Assembly: GCA_050273025.1 (NCBI GenBank)
Contig: CP158636.1
Span: forward strand, 10,416,001-10,480,000
Direction: 5' to 3'
Origin: Cenococcum geophilum
Lineage: Eukaryota
Length of the DNA: 64,000 nt
The notes below the pieces were generated by a model that ran no database searches, was not told the DNA's origin, and worked only from the letters and a program-made list of their open reading frames with translations. Position numbers and translations under genes: made by a program. Positions 23,701 through 38,640 of the stretch are shown here, one piece after another (within the stretch, counting starts at the first letter, position 1; each line of letters opens with the position of its first letter).

Positions 23701-26700
23701 ATACCGAGTACAAAATGCAGTAAGCTATTTATCTCTTTTTATAATATAGAGGCGGTTAAATATAGAGATAATATTAAGCTTTATATAGTAGCGAGCCTTA
23801 CTTAGTTAGTTTAGCGTCTCCTATATTAACGGGATTAGATATTAGTAGTTTATATAGAAGTATAAACCGCCGCCAGGTTTCTTAATAAAGATTATTAGTA
23901 CGGCTATAGGTAATAAGCTTACTTAAATAAATCCTTTACTTAGGTTCTCGTCTAAATACTTTTATAGCACTTAGAGTTTATTTTAGGACATCCTATATAA
24001 GGGTCTAAATCCAGGCTACTTTTCTTCTTTAAGTATAATCTTATAGTTATATAGTCGGTATTCTAGTAGCTTATCGGCTTCCTTTTATAAGAATGCTTCT
24101 AAACGACTATAGTATTCTACTAGTACCTTTGTGGCAGGGTTAGTGTACTTCTTTAGTACTAAGGCCTTCTTAATATCGGCTATTATAACGGCAAAGATCG
24201 TATATTTAGGTTTCTTAGTAAGTTATATTAGCGAAGTAGCTCTAATTATATAGATATCCAAGGTGCTAAGCTTGCTTAGATTATCCATAGTTTCTTATTT
24301 AGGTTTAGGTTTAGTATTAGGTATAGAGTTAGCGTTAGATTTAGGTTCGGGTTCTTTAAAAATCCTTTTTATAGTAGAATACCAGTCCTTCTAGTATTTT
24401 TGTATATTAAGCTTAAGCTTCTATTTAGCTTAGGGCGGTATAGTAGTTAGAATTGGTTTATAGGGTTTAGTGGAATTTTTAGATCCTTAATAGATATTAG
24501 TAGAAGTCTTATATTAGTAAAATTCAGTGGAATTCTTGGCTTGGTGGAATTAAGTAAATTCCTTAGATTAGTGGAATCTGGTAGATTCCTTAGACGTAGG
24601 GTAGATATTAGTAGAAATCTTAGGCTAATAGATTTTAGTAGATTTCCTAAATTTTAGTTTAGGGTTAAGGTAGTAAGTTATAAGGCACTTCTACTTATAG
24701 CGGGAGGCGGTAAATAGGAGCTTAAGGTTATCCCAATTAATAGTTACCTTATATAGCTTTATCTAGGGTTGTTTAAGGATTACTAAGTAACCTAGGGTAG
24801 TAATAAAAAGTCTAATTAATTCTTTATGGTTTAGGTATTAGAGTCTTAGGAATACTATATAGGTAATATATTCTAAAACGGTGCGTTTGCTATTAAATCT
24901 AAATATATTAATATGCCGGTTAAGGGGGGTTAGGGTAAAACTATTATCTTACGCAAAGATCTTATTAATAAATCCTATGCCATTAGCTCCTGTATTAATT
25001 AGGACTCAAGTATTAGCCTATTAATTATTCTACTAAAGACAATAGTTAACGGTTATGCTATAATCCTAAGAGTTAAAGTTTATAATATTTAAAGTATTTA
25101 ACGAGATCCTAAGGCAAAGCCGTTCCGGAGAGCGACTTAGCTCTAAAACCTTCCTTTTAGAGGCAATTAGGACGGAGTTCTTATAGCGTATTAGTTATAG
25201 CTTTATCCTTATAATTAGTGCTTATTAGATAACATATTAGAGCTAGATAATAATTAGGGTTAGTAAATAGGGCTTAGTTAAGGCGATTGGTTACTTATAC
25301 TAGTTGTCTGTTTATATATTTAGGATAATAGGACACTACCTATACTAGTTATTTGTATATATATTTAGGGTAGTAGGATAGAGTAGTAACTTAAGATATA
25401 AGCGTCGCTTCCGCACTTAAAATAAAGGCCGTATTTAATGTGTTATTTATATTTAGTAAATCCTTTTAGTGCGTAAGAGAGGGTTCTAGCGTTAATATCT
25501 ATAGTATCTAAGTCCTTGCGGGTCCTAGGCGGCTAAAGGGCAGAGTATTAAGGTATATATTTTAGAATAAGGCGTAGTATATCGTTATATAAGCCATTAA
25601 TAATATTAGTATAGGTAGTAAGAGTATCTGGCAGCTTAACTCCTATAAGGGAAGTCTTTAGTTTAGAGTTTAGGGACTTTACTAGGTAATTAATTAAGGT
25701 AGGTTTGTTCCATCTAGTCTCTTTAGTATAGTAGTAGAATTTAGTAAAGTATAATAGAAAGCTCTTAGAGCCTTATGTTATCTTATTTAGTTTTCTTTAT
25801 ACTATAATAATTTAGTTAGGGTCGCTATAAGATGCTTTTAGTATAGTAACTAGTTCCTCTATAGTGCTCGGCTAAAACGGGTATATAGTTTCTACGGCAT
25901 CTCTTATTAAGCGACTTATAGCGTAATATAGTTAGCTATTAAGGGTAGGGTAATAATTAATATTGCCGTTTAGCTTGTTCTTAAGTTAGTTAAGGAAGAA
26001 GTATAGTTTACTCCTTTTGCCTAAATAGGCGGGAGGATTAGGGAGATATTTGGTTAACTTCTTTATAGGGGTACTAGTCGGCAAATTTGGGGTTAAGGAG
26101 CCAGTTCTAGATACGTTCTCTCTACCTAGTATTTATAGGTTAATACTGGTAGGGGTAAGTAGGGGTAACGGTATGGCAAATAGTGGGTTTTAGCGGATCT
26201 CTTTAATTTCTTTTTTTAGAGATTTAATTAACTTATAATGTTAGGCTTTCTAATAGGTAAGGGTGTCCGTAAAAGCCTATTGCAGAGCCTTTATTTGTTT
26301 GGTAAATATATTATATAGGTTTTTTTATAAATATAGGGGCTTCCGGGTTATTCTATATATTAGTTAAGGCGGTATAGGGTATAGGTTTAATGCAACGTAG
26401 TATTACGGAGTAAGTATAAGCAATAATAATATATAGCAGAGTAGATATTATTAAGCTATGTATATAAACTATATAATAAGGTTAAGATATTGTATAAGGA
26501 AAGAAGGTAGGAAAACGGGAAGAAAGGGTATATATTGTTAACTTAGTTGCTTAGTTAATATATACATAGAGTAGAATAGGATTTGGGTCGTGGACCTAGT
26601 AGAACTTAGTAGGATTTAGTGGAACTCGGCGGAATATAGCAAATTACCGTTAGATTGCTATAGGTTGCGGCAAATTGCGGTCTCGTAGTTAGTAGAAACA

Positions 26701-26740
26701 GGTAGGTATGTATAAGGTGTCACGGGGGTGTCCTATAATA
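20782..26740 (-). mobile_element. Ty3/Gypsy chromovirus family D, full length, RIP-inactivated, inserted in the LINE
   Basis: LTRs 20782-21151 and 26401-26740; TSD tatta/tactg (same after RIP); poly-C (minus PPT) 21155-21161. Minus strand: CCHC GLCFKCGSDAHISSYC ~25383-25430, RT YIDD ~23585, integrase, chromodomain ~21200-21370. Confidence 0.92.
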
Positions 26741-29535
26741 TACTGGGTAGGTATTCTAGTAGGTAGCCTAAGATGCAAATATAGCTAGCTAAGATAGACA
26801 CTAAAACATATAATACTATTATGCCCCTTACATACTAACTAAAAAGTAATACTCTTAGTAGCTAGCATAGAGAACTATAATATACTACTCTTAATATAAA
26901 AAGGTCTTAAGGCGGTTACCTAATAGCTTATTAGCTAAAATAGACTAAACTAGTTCTAGATTATAAAGGAAATAGTAATAAAAGGCAAAGGGGTAAGTAA
27001 CAGGCGTCCCCTAATAACTCTATAGTAGTAAAGTAAAGTTTGCGATACTAGCGCGTCCGTAGGCTTATTATAGCAGCAGTAGTTCCTAAGAAGTTTAAAA
27101 AGTAAGGTAGTAGAGTACTACTAGTAACTTGTAGGCGTTAAGTAGGTAAGTTTTAAAAGGCAGGGAGATAGATTACGGGGTTTTCTTAAATAGAGTTTTC
27201 TCCCTATATATAAATAAGAAGTAGTCCGCGTAGGCCTAATAGGGATCTAAATCGGACGTTAAGTAATAAATAATTATTATAATTATTATTATATTATATA
27301 ATATACAGATCTTAAGTCTATTTCTTTAGAAAGGTTTACAGCTATAGCTATATAGTAATTTACTCTTTATTAAGCTAATTAAGTGCAATCTAGTTTAGTA
27401 ATTAGTTTTTAATCTTACTAATAATTTAGCATATACACTCTTTAGTATTATCTTATATTATTAGCATCTTAAAGAAGTTATCTACCTTATAAACCCAATT
27501 ACCTAGCTACTAGGTGTTAGGTCTATAGTAGAGTTCTAAACTACTAAAGGCCTTAGCTAGTTAGTCTATATTCTTTTTTCGTTTATAGTATAAATACCTC
27601 TCTAAGTCTTCTATACCTTTTTAGGTAGGTATTAAGTGGCTTTTAAAAAGCCCTTAGCCTTAGCTAGGTTATAAAAGATTTTATCTAGCCTAAATTAAGC
27701 TCTATTAGATTTAAACCTACCCTTAAAGGTTTCTAATATATTTATTAGTAGCTCCTTCCTATATAGCTTCTAAGAGCCTTATAGCAGCTTCCTAGTATCT
27801 ATTTTAAAGATAATTAGTTTAGGGCTTTTAACTTTCTAATCTTAGCTTTAGGGAAGCTCTAGCTATAAAGGTAGTATTAGTACTAATAGCTAGTATAGAT
27901 TTCCTAATAAGGCTTAGGTCTTAAGTTAGTAGTTAGGTTAAATTACCTAAAAGAGTAGGCCTACTTAGCTTGTAAGCAGTTTATATACTACTACTATACT
28001 AATTATAGGCTGGTGGTTTTCCGGGAGGGTTCTAGTTAGGTCCCTAGTTAAATATATTAGTGTATTTCTTTAGTATTTCTAGCTTAGGGAAAGATCTTAG
28101 AGTCGCCTTTAGCGCTTAGTCTTTTAATTAGCCTAAGTAGGGCTAAAGGGGCTCTGGTTACTTTTTAGTAGCATTATAACTATTATAAAGGGTATTTACA
28201 TTTTCTTTAGCAGTAACTATAGGTATATAAAAGTCTTTAAGCTCCTAGTATATTTAGGTATTAGGGCTTATTTAGCCGTCTTACCTAAAGGTTTATATTA
28301 TTACAATCTCTCGCTATTAAAGGGACCTTTTTGCCTTAGCGTAATAGCTTTCTATAAGGTATCCATAGAGTTTCTATTTAAGTTATCGCAAGATTTTAAG
28401 GGAGGATAGTAGTTATAAATAAAAGATATAAATAAATAATCTGGTTCTTAAAGCTAACTACCCTTTTAAAAAGGAGTAGGAAGGATTTAAATATAAGGGG
28501 ACTTTATAGATAGGGGGCTATAAGGATACGATTATGGAATAGGATAGATTGGTAAGAGAGACGAATCCTTAAGGAGGTAAGGCCTTTGGGATCGTGGAGA
28601 CTATAGTAAAACCTCTTTATTACGATATAGGTTTTATAGCTAAGCGTATCGTTATATAAGGGGTATCGTTATATTCCATATTTATATATAAAATGCACCC
28701 AAGATTAAAATTAGGTAATAATATTGTATATCTACGCCTGCGAAGCCGTAATTAAGCGATCAGCTACACTAAAATACATTGCGATTAACTGCTGCTTAGT
28801 GTTTTAAGCTTATCGCCCTTGGATTTAACGCTTATGCCTTAATAGAGTTATAATTACGTCTTTCTTAGAGTCGCTTTACTGCTCCTTATAAAGTCGAAGC
28901 TTTTATAGGGCTATACGCGCCTTATTAAGCTTAATTTAAGGTTAATTAATAACTTCCTTATCTGTTTCCGCATCGCGATTAGGCCCTGCGTAGAGCTCTG
29001 CTATACTCTTAATAAGATCCTCTAGTAAATCCTTTACTTCCTCGCTAGGCAGCTTAATAAAATCCTAAATATTCGTTATAACGCGGATCCTTCCTACTAT
29101 ATATAGCTGCTCTACTAATTACTGCATCTTATTAATTATAGGAGGATCTATATAATCTTAAGGGCGAGGCCATAGGCTAATACGAGAGCTAAATAACGTA
29201 GATTTAACGAAGCAGTTCTTAATCGTTTGGGGCGTAACTTCCTCCTAAGCTATAATTGCCTATTAAATCGCCCATAGAACATACATCTGTTTAATTAGAT
29301 TGTTACCTTAAAGTAAGCGCTCTACTATAAATCGTAGCTAGTATCGCCTATAGAGTAGCTTAAAGTTTATAATTATCCCTTAATTAAGTGGCTAATATAC
29401 TAAGGTATAATTAAAAGGGAGGAACTTAACGCGCGTATTCTTAAGAGAGTTATTCTTAATAAGCGTTTAAACGGCTGCTTTATAAGAACTAAAGCCGTTA
29501 ATTAAAAGGAGTATCTTCCTGCTATGTATTCTTCT

Positions 29536-30674
29536 TTTTTTTATTTTTTTAATCATTTGTATTATACTACGTACAATACTACGCATGCAGCCTCTAGGCT
29601 ATGGCGCTATAGTCCTATATACATAAATCCTTTCTAGGCAGCTTAATATATACTAGTAACTATGTCCTAGTAGTTTATAAACCTCTAAGCTAGAGGTTTA
29701 CCGCTCCCTAGTAAACACTAGGTTGCTGACAACTATTAGGTAGTAAGAAAATAGTAAAAAATCAGTAAAATATAAGAAATCCTAACGCCTGTCCCTGTCC
29801 TTTTTGTGTTTTATTTCTGTCCTTTTGCTTACTATTATTTATTTACTTGAATTCTAGTAGGAATTACCTTCTAAAGATCCTTCTGCTATTAGCCACTTTC
29901 TAGTAGCTATTCCTATCTTACTTAGAAATTAAAAAGCACTTCTCTTCCTTTTTTTATGCAAAAAAGCTTCTTTAAAGATAGAGAAGAACCTAGTTATCTT
30001 TGCATTTCTTTTCTCTCTTCTTAATATAGCCTGTATTTTAGTAATAAATGCTTAGGGGTTTGTACAGCAGTATAATCTCTAAAGCATTTACCTTCTTTAT
30101 CCTTCCCTATTGTTTTAGAGAAGGACTTAAAGAAGCCTTTTCCTAGTTTTAGTTGGTAAAAAGCTGATTGTAGCCTTTTAGGATATTTATCCTTAGGGGC
30201 TTTAAGAGAAAAGGAGTAGTTTCCTTTACAGATCTTAGTATAGTGTTTTCCTTTACTTTTATTCTGTTGCCAATTATCTTTTTACTAGTCTAGGATCTTT
30301 TCTCTTGCTGTCTTCTCTATATAGGCTAGAGAGGTATAAGAGGATTATATTTTCTTCTTAAGAGGCCCTTCTTTGCTAGTTTATCTGCTATTTTATTTCT
30401 ATAGATTCCTAGGTAGCTAGGAACCCAATAAAAGTTAATAAAGACGTTTTTACTAGCTAGATAGGAACAGCTTTGTGTAATTTTAAAGACTAGTTCTTGC
30501 CCTCCTGTAAGAGAATTAAGCTGTAACCTTTTAATAGCTGCTTGGCTATCTATAAAGATATAGACCTGTTTCTCTTCTAGTCTTTGTTGCTTTAGGTGCT
30601 CTAGGGCCCTATAGACTGCATAAAGCTCTGCGTTTATAATTTCTATATAGGGTCCTAGATTCCAGTTTGTTGCA
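29536..30674 (-). mobile_element. 5'-truncated LINE fragment (same family as 10524-13628) inserted in the pogo transposase
   Basis: Reverse-complement match to ~12466-13628, poly-T at left end, 10-bp TSD gtattcttct (29526-29535 / 30675-30684). Confidence 0.93.
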
Positions 30675-32376
30675 GTATTCTTCTATTAAACTAAGTAAGC
30701 CAGTTAAGTATAATTACTGTCATTATCTACGCCTTCTTATTATACCTCCATATAATATTTAATAAGGCTATATTAATGCAATTAGATATAAAGTAGTAAG
30801 GCTGTAGTAATAAGCCAATTGTAAGGAAAGGAAGCTTATCCAAGCTATTTATATTAGAGTAATTACTAAGAGAGATTCTTACCTTCTCCTTCTTTATTTC
30901 TAATTAAGCCTTAGTAGCTAATATAGTATCTAGTATAGCCCTCCAAAATAGCCCTATTTTATCTATATTATAAATATTCTTTAGTAGATAAGGAGCGACA
31001 ATCTCTTAAAGCTCTATTATGTGATCTTTTGCTCCTTCTATATTAACTAAGGCAGCCTTACTATGCTGCTTTCTCTTATAAATACCGTTGCGATCTTTAA
31101 AGCCTTCTATCTATCCTTATAACCACTTTAGCTTAACTATTTCCGTAAATATAGGTATTTAATGCTATAATTAAGTGGCGGCAGCATGTATAAGATCGCT
31201 AGTAATAGGAATACGAGAGTTCTATAAGCGTTAGTGCCACTTAAAGAGAGCCTCCTTTAAGAGAGGATGTTTAGTAGCTTTTCTTCGCTCCTATATACCT
31301 CTCCTATATAGCAATTTAACTCTATTAAGGTATTAAAATTTATTACTTAGTATTTCTAATATTAAGTATTAATTAATCTTGTGACGGAGGAAGTTGCTTA
31401 CCTAGGTAGTAAGCTCTCTTTATAGTAGGCTAGGGTATTTTTAGTAGTAAGTATATATTTTTTAACGCTTATAATTAGAAAAGCCATAACAGCGTTACGC
31501 TTTAAAAATTTTATATCTTCCTATAATAAATATAATAGAATTAAGTATAGAGAGTAAAATCTAGGTATAATTTTAATAAATTTCAATCGTTATATGGTGT
31601 ATTTAATGGCTAAATTTATAGTAAGTAAAGGCCAAATCTAACGAATTAAAAACTGCTTATAGCGATATTAGTAGTAGGTGCTTAACGATATCATTATTAC
31701 GGCACTGGCAGAACTTAGCAGAACTTAACTAACAGAACTTAATAGAACTTAGCAGAACTTAGTTAGTAGAACTTAGCAGAACTTTACACTAGCAAGTTGC
31801 TATAGATTGCCGTATATTGCGGTTACGTAATATAAAGATCTTATAAAACATTAAGCGGCGCTGCTTTTCTTCTCCTTTCCTTTCCCTAGCTTTAGATTCT
31901 CGTTTATAGATAATCTAATTATATAGGCTTACGCGTCCCTCTTACCGTACTTATGCCTTAATTAACTAAGTCGCTAATATTATCTAAAGCTTATCTACCC
32001 TTTCTTCCTAAGAAGGAACTTAAATATATTTAAAGATAAAGAATAAGAATAAGAACTAGAATTAGAACAAGAACCGGAACTAAAGAATATAAAAAGAATA
32101 CGAACCCTAAAAATAGAAGAAGCATAAACTAAAACCCCTAAAGAATTTACCTAAAATTATCTAATACCCCTACTACTATGCTAAGAAATACAGTAGCTAG
32201 CAAAGTAGCTGCAGGACCTTTAAATACCTTAGATAATAAAATAGTTAATGTCTTAAACCCCCAGGCAGAGCTAGTAGCAGCTAATACTAAGATTAAACGA
32301 CTACGAGAGCTGCTTAAAGCTAGAGATACCCCTACTTCCGCATTTAGTGACAAATTATTAAACACCTAGAGACTTA

Positions 32377-33342
32377 CAGTAAAGCCGCGTTTTAACGTTA
32401 TCTTAGTACACCGTTCATCTACGGTATACCGGTCAATAGTTAGGAACAGTTGATTTTACTATAAGGCGTATAAGGCTTTACGTTTAAAGCTCTCTCATAT
32501 AAGAACGGTATAGCGCGAGCAATTATAGTATTAGAAACCCTATTTTTAGAGCTAATTTGGGCGCCTAATGGGAGGTTAATTGCCCTAGAGGATTAGGAAC
32601 AACCATTCTTTAACGGAATTGCTTAATTCTTAATTAAGGTTAACTATATATATCTACTTTATTAATCTATAGTTTAACCAACTAGTAAATATATATCTAT
32701 AAATTATTATAGGGGTAGTTTAAATCCTATCTCTACTGGGCGCAATTTAGCGCTATATATTAACCCCTTACCCTTAAGCCTACAAACTAGCACCGCTGCC
32801 ATCAATATTTATTAATTTAACACCCCTCTTGCCCTATATAATAGCAAAGTCTAAAGACCTTAAGCGCCTTCACCGCTATAGTATTTTAGAGCGTAAAAGG
32901 CAGCAGATCCGGGTATACTGCTGTAAAAACCCTAGAAACCTTAGAGAGACGCTACTCGCTTTTTTACCAATTAATTTTAACGCCCTTATATAATGCGCTA
33001 GATAACAAAAAAAGCGATAATAAGGTTAAGCTATAAGTTATTAAGCTTAATAAGGCTTTAGATGCACTAGAGCGCCTTAAGCTCTATAAGGGGCAGCAGA
33101 AGGAGGATAATAAGACTCTAATTATAGCTCTTATAAAGGCAGAGAGAGTAATTTAAGGCCGTTAAGTTGTGTAAGTAAAGCAGACAACTACTATAAGCTT
33201 CTTTAAGTAGTTATAGATAGAGAGAATAGTTAATTTAGCCTCTTACAGCGATTAATAAGTGAGCTCGCAATATAACGTTTCTATATAGCATAACGTTCAA
33301 ACCCCCTACTACCGAGCTGAGCGGTATAACGAGGTTTTACTG
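32377..33342 (+). mobile_element. Non-autonomous pogo-like deletion derivative E, copy 1 (966 bp), in gag of B2
   Basis: TA TSD, imperfect TIRs cagtaaagccgcgtt / cagtaaaacctcgtt; remnant transposase-like C-terminus (EALDALERLKLYEGQQ after de-RIP), no DDE core seen. Confidence 0.88.
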
Positions 33343-36300
33343 TACTATAATTCTTAAGGCCCTATCCTAGCGCCTTGGCGGACCTACTAAGCCCTATATA
33401 GTACTATCGCGGTCTATAAAGGTCACAGACCCCTTATTACTTATAGACGGAACAAACCCTATATTTAATAACTGGAAGCTCCAACTACGGGATAAGCTCG
33501 AAGTTAATGCCAACCACTTCCCTACCCCTTAGGCCCAAATGGCCTATATCTTTAGCCGTACTAGTAGGGACGTATAGACGCACCTACGCCCGTAATATAC
33601 TAAGGACTTAGTAAACTCTTTTACCTCTAAAGAAGAAATAATTAACTACTTGTCTTCTATCTATAAGGACCCCTTTAAGGTATAGAATGCCTACCTTAAT
33701 TATAAAGGCCTAAATATAAAAATAACGGAGACCTTTTTAGCCTTTTAGACCCGCTTTTTACACTTAGCCGGCCAGGCCTAAATTCCCTAGAAAGATCTAA
33801 TGCTAGACCTATTTAATAAGCTTACCCTAGACCTATAGCGGGCCGTACTACTAGTTTTTACTACTATATAGACGCTAAAGAAACTTATAGATTAGTGCTT
33901 AGCTATTAACTAAGGCCTCTATTAAATTAAGGTATGCGCTAAACGGTATAAAGCTAAAAACACTCTAAATTAGACTATAAGTAACGCAAGAACGGCCTAT
34001 AGCGCCCTAGCACGATTAGTAACTCCTATAGTACTAGCCTTACAGCTTACCGCTAACACAGCAGCTAGCCGTGCGGCTAGTCCTGCCGTAGATCCGGCGA
34101 ATGCTTGGCCTATATATAGGCCCTTAGCAATTAAGACGCCTACTTCTCTTACGGCTAGAAGGGCTATATTATAAAAGACTGCCTAATAAATATAAAAGGG
34201 GATAAAGTTTTATTAATCTAGGAGGATAGTACGGAGTTAGAAAAAGAGGAACCCTAAAGAAAGACTCCTCTTTAGGATTAAAAGGGATTAAAATGTTATA
34301 TATTAATCTAGGTTAGCTAGTTAGCGGAAGAAGCTATATTATCCCTTATACTTTATTCTATAATAGATATTAAGTTTTAACCTCTGCTTTAGCTAACTCT
34401 AGAGTAAATGCCTTTACCTTAATAGACACCTAGTACTCTGTAAAGCTGGCTAACTTTTTAAATATACCCCTTAAAAAACTGCCTAAACTAATTCCTATTT
34501 GCGGGTATAACGGATAGATAGGGCTACCTATTATAACTATTTTATGGATTTACCTTTATGTTAACGGACGAAGGCAGTATAATGTCCCCTTTCTTATTAT
34601 AGACCTAGGAAGCCATAATATAATTTTAAGAAGAAAATAGCTAGCCTATTTAGGCTTATAGCTTAACTTACGGAGTAGACGGCTTATCTGGCCTAAAACC
34701 CTACCCCTAACTCCTTCCTTTATAAAAGAAATCAGCATTATAATGGAAAACCTTATACGGCCCTAGATTAACACTATTTACTAGGCTAATGCTATACGTA
34801 GGGACTAGGCCTTTAAGAAAGATGTATAGCTTAATCCGCAACGGATCCGTATACTACACTGCCCCTAGACTACCTATATTACGCTACCCGCATTAAAGAC
34901 CTAGGAAGTTAGTAGTAACCTAGAAAAGCCCCCTATAAAGAGCTTAGGCCCTATACAGCTGCAAAGGATAGTAAGGAATGTTAGACGCTACACTAAACTA
35001 ATAGATTGGAGGGATAACTTATAGAAGATGGAATAGGAGCTAAGAAAGATTATAAACCCTAGACCGTAAAATACGGTCTAGTAAACGGCTGTAAGAAAAC
35101 CTACGGACCTCCTACTAGTCGATATCTGCTATATTAGCGCTGTAGGATTCTACTAGAACTTGGTCTAGCCTAATACCATTACTTTTATAACTAGCTTATA
35201 TAAAATTAACTAAATACTTAAGGAAAAGAAAAGTAAGCCTAGCGGATAAAAAAGCGAGCTTATAGACGAGGAGCTGGTAGAATAGAAACTACCCCATTAA
35301 TACTAAAAGTTTAAGGATATATTCTCCAAGGTAGCATCTAATATACTTCTACTATACTAACTATATAACTATAAGATCGAGATTAAGTTAGATAAGGAAA
35401 ACGCCCTTAGCTATACCCCCCTTCGTAAATAATCTATTGCGGAATTATAGGCCACTAAGTAGTACCTTATTAATAACCTAGTAAAGAGGTTTATTAAGCC
35501 TAGCTAGGCCCCTTTTACCTCCCTTATTTTCTTTATAAAAAAGCCAAATAGAAGACTTTATTTCTATATTAACTACTATAAGCTTAATAATATAACCCGC
35601 AAAGACTGTTATCCGCTGCCCCTACTTAATAAGACACTAGCCCAAATAAATAGAGCTAAGGTATTTATAAAGCTTAATATTCGTTAGGCTTTCTACTAAA
35701 TTAGAATAGACCCCAGATCTATAAATCTTACTATATTTTAGACTTAATATAGATCGTATAAATACAAAGTACTTCCTATTAGACTAACTAACGGACTAGC
35801 TATGTACTAACAATATATAAATAATGTACTCTTTAACTACCTTAATAACTTCTGCACGGCCTACCTAGATAATATTATAATTTACTTTAAGAATAAGTTA
35901 GAATACAAGGAGCATATCTATAAGGTCCTATAACGGCTCTATAAGGCTGGCCTCTAGGCCGATATTAAGAAGTTAGAATTTAGTATAAAGCGTATAAAGT
36001 ACTTAGGGTTTATTATTAGTACGGACGGAATTAAGGCAAACCTAGAAAAGATAGCCGTAATTAATTAGTGGGAACCACTATGGACCGTAAAAGGGATATA
36101 GTTATTCTTAGGCTTCTATAACTTCTATTAACGCTTTTATTAAGAACTATAGTAGAATTACTTAGCCCCTTAGCCGCCTTACTATAAAGGACCAGCCTTT
36201 TTACTTTAATACTATATATAAGCAGGCTTTTAATAAGCTTAAGAAACAACTGGTCTCCGCTCCCTTACTTACCCACTTTAACCTAGAACGGCCCTTAATA

Positions 36301-37651
36301 CTAGAAATAGATGCCTTAGATAGTATTATTACTAGCGTTTATTTCTAAAAGCAGACGGACGGGAAATGGCACCCTATTACTTACTACTTAAAGACTATAA
36401 TAGATGCTAAGCTAAACTACCCAATCCACAATAAAGAAATGTTGGCTATTATCTCTAGCTTTTAGCACTAGTAAGCATAGCTAGAAGGGACCCCTAAGCC
36501 TATTTAGGTAGTTTCGGATTATAAAGCCCTAGAATACTTTATAATAACTAAGGCCCTTACGGCTCGGTAAGCGCGCTAGGTAGACGTTCTATCCTAGTTT
36601 AACTTCCTAATTATATATAGGCTAGGCGCTACTAACCGTATAGACGCTCTTATAAGATGTAAACAGGACCTAAATAACTAGATAGCCGCGAAGATCTTAT
36701 TATAGATCTAGACGCTACTATAACTAGAGCACCTTAACCCTTAGATATAGGAAGAACTAAGTACTAAATCTTTAAGCGCTAAGATATATCCTATTAACCC
36801 TATAGAATTCGACCTTATTAATAAACTACTGCAAGCAAACCGTATGGACCCTTCTCTATAGAAATACCGCGAAAAGGCAAGGGATATTACTAGCCTATAG
36901 TCCCTTAAAAATAGACTGCTTAAGCACTAGGAATAGCTAGTAGTAATAGAGGAACGGAACTTACAAACCCGGCTTATTACTAAAGCATATACCTAGGTCT
37001 TTACGGCCTACCCTAGAAAAAATAAGACCTATAAGATTATTAGTAACCGTTACTACTGGCCTAGAATAGTTATAGATATTAACCGTTATATATAGAATTG
37101 TAATAACTGCCGTAGGTCTATAATTCCATAGGATAAGACCCTAGGACTATTAAAACCCCTTCTAATACTAGGACGCCCTTAGCAGTATATCTTTATAAAT
37201 TTCTATAAACTACCTTTAGACCGTAACGGATATAATATAGTTATAATTTTAGTTAACCGCTTTAGTAAGCGCCCGTTCTTAATTCCCTATTATAAGAATA
37301 TTAATACTAAAGAGGCGGCCTAACTATATATCTACTACGTCTACCGCATTTACGGACCACTAAATACTATTATATTTAATTATAGCCCGTAATTTATATT
37401 AGCCTTTTAGAACGAGTTTACCTAGATCCTAGGTATTAAGCTAAAGCTTTTTATAGTATATTACCCCTAAACAAACGGTTAGACAGAGATTATAAACTAA
37501 TACCTAAATTAGAGGCTCCGGCCCTTTATTAACTACTTCTAAAATAACTAGGCCAAACTACTACCCCTTATAGACTATACCTAGGCAACTCTACCCCATA
37601 ACTCCACTAGATTTGCCCCTATTTAACTAGAAATAGGCTACTTACCCTATA

Positions 37652-38640
37652 TAGTAAAACCTCGTTATACCGTTTAGCTTGGTAGTAGGGGGTTTAAACG
37701 TTATGCCGTATAGAAACGTTATATTACGAGCTCACTTATTAATCGCTGTAAGAGGCTAAATTAACTATTCTCTCTATCCATAACTACTTAAAGAAGCTTA
37801 TGGTAGTCGTCTGCTTTACTTACGCAACTTAACGGCCTTAAATTACTCTCTCTGCCTTTATAAGAGCTATAATTAGAGTCTTATTACCCTCCTCCTGCTA
37901 CCCCTTATAGAGCTTAAGGCGCTCTAGTGCATCTAAAGCCTTATTAAGCTTAATAACTTATAGCTTAACCTTATTATCGCTTTTCTTATTATCTAGCGCA
38001 TTATATAAGGGCGTTAAAATTAATCAGTAAAAAAGCGAGTAGCGTCTCTCTAAGGTTTCTAGGGTTCTTACGGCAGTATACCCAGATCTGCTACCTCTTA
38101 CGCTCTAAAATACTATAGCGGCAAAGGCGCTTAAGGTCTTTAGACTTTGCTATTATATAGGGCAAAAGGGGTGTTAAATTAATAAATATTAATGGCAGCG
38201 GTGCTAGTTTATAGGCTTAAGGGTAAGGGGTTAATATATAGTGCCAAATTACGCCCAGTAGAGATAGGATTTAAACTACCCCTATAATAATTTATAGATA
38301 TATATTTACTAATTAGTTAAACTATAGATTAATAAAGTAGATGTATATAGTTAACCTTAATTAAGAATTAAGCAATTTCGTTAAAGAATGGTTGTTCCTA
38401 ATCCTCTGGGGCAATTAACCTCCCATTAGGCGCCCAAATTGGCTCCAAAAATAGGGTTTCCAACACTATAATTACTCGCGCTATACCGTTCTTATATAAG
38501 AGAGCTTTAAACGTAACGGCGTATCAAATTTAAACGTAAAGCCTTACACGCCTTATAGTAAAATCAACTGTTCCTAACTATTGACTGGTATACCGTAGAT
38601 AAACGGTGTACCAAGATAACGTTAAAACGCGGCTTTACTG
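37652..38640 (-). mobile_element. Element E, copy 2 (989 bp), inverted, in integrase of B2
   Basis: Reverse complement of 32377-33342 with 23 extra bp near 38515-38540; TA TSD. Confidence 0.9.

Larger units (their letters stand above)
1712..27290 (+). mobile_element. RIP-degenerate, 5'-truncated Tad1-like LINE in three pieces (1712-2469, 19400-20781, 26741-~27290)
   Basis: ORF2 motifs readable after de-RIP: APGPDGIPNKALK (~2085), GSYRPIALENTLGKILERV (~2262), LSLDISGAYDNV (~19408), C-terminal C-x-C...H...C (~26775-26825); TAA/ATT-rich 3' tail ~27264-27300. Reading continues across insertions A and D. Confidence 0.85.
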
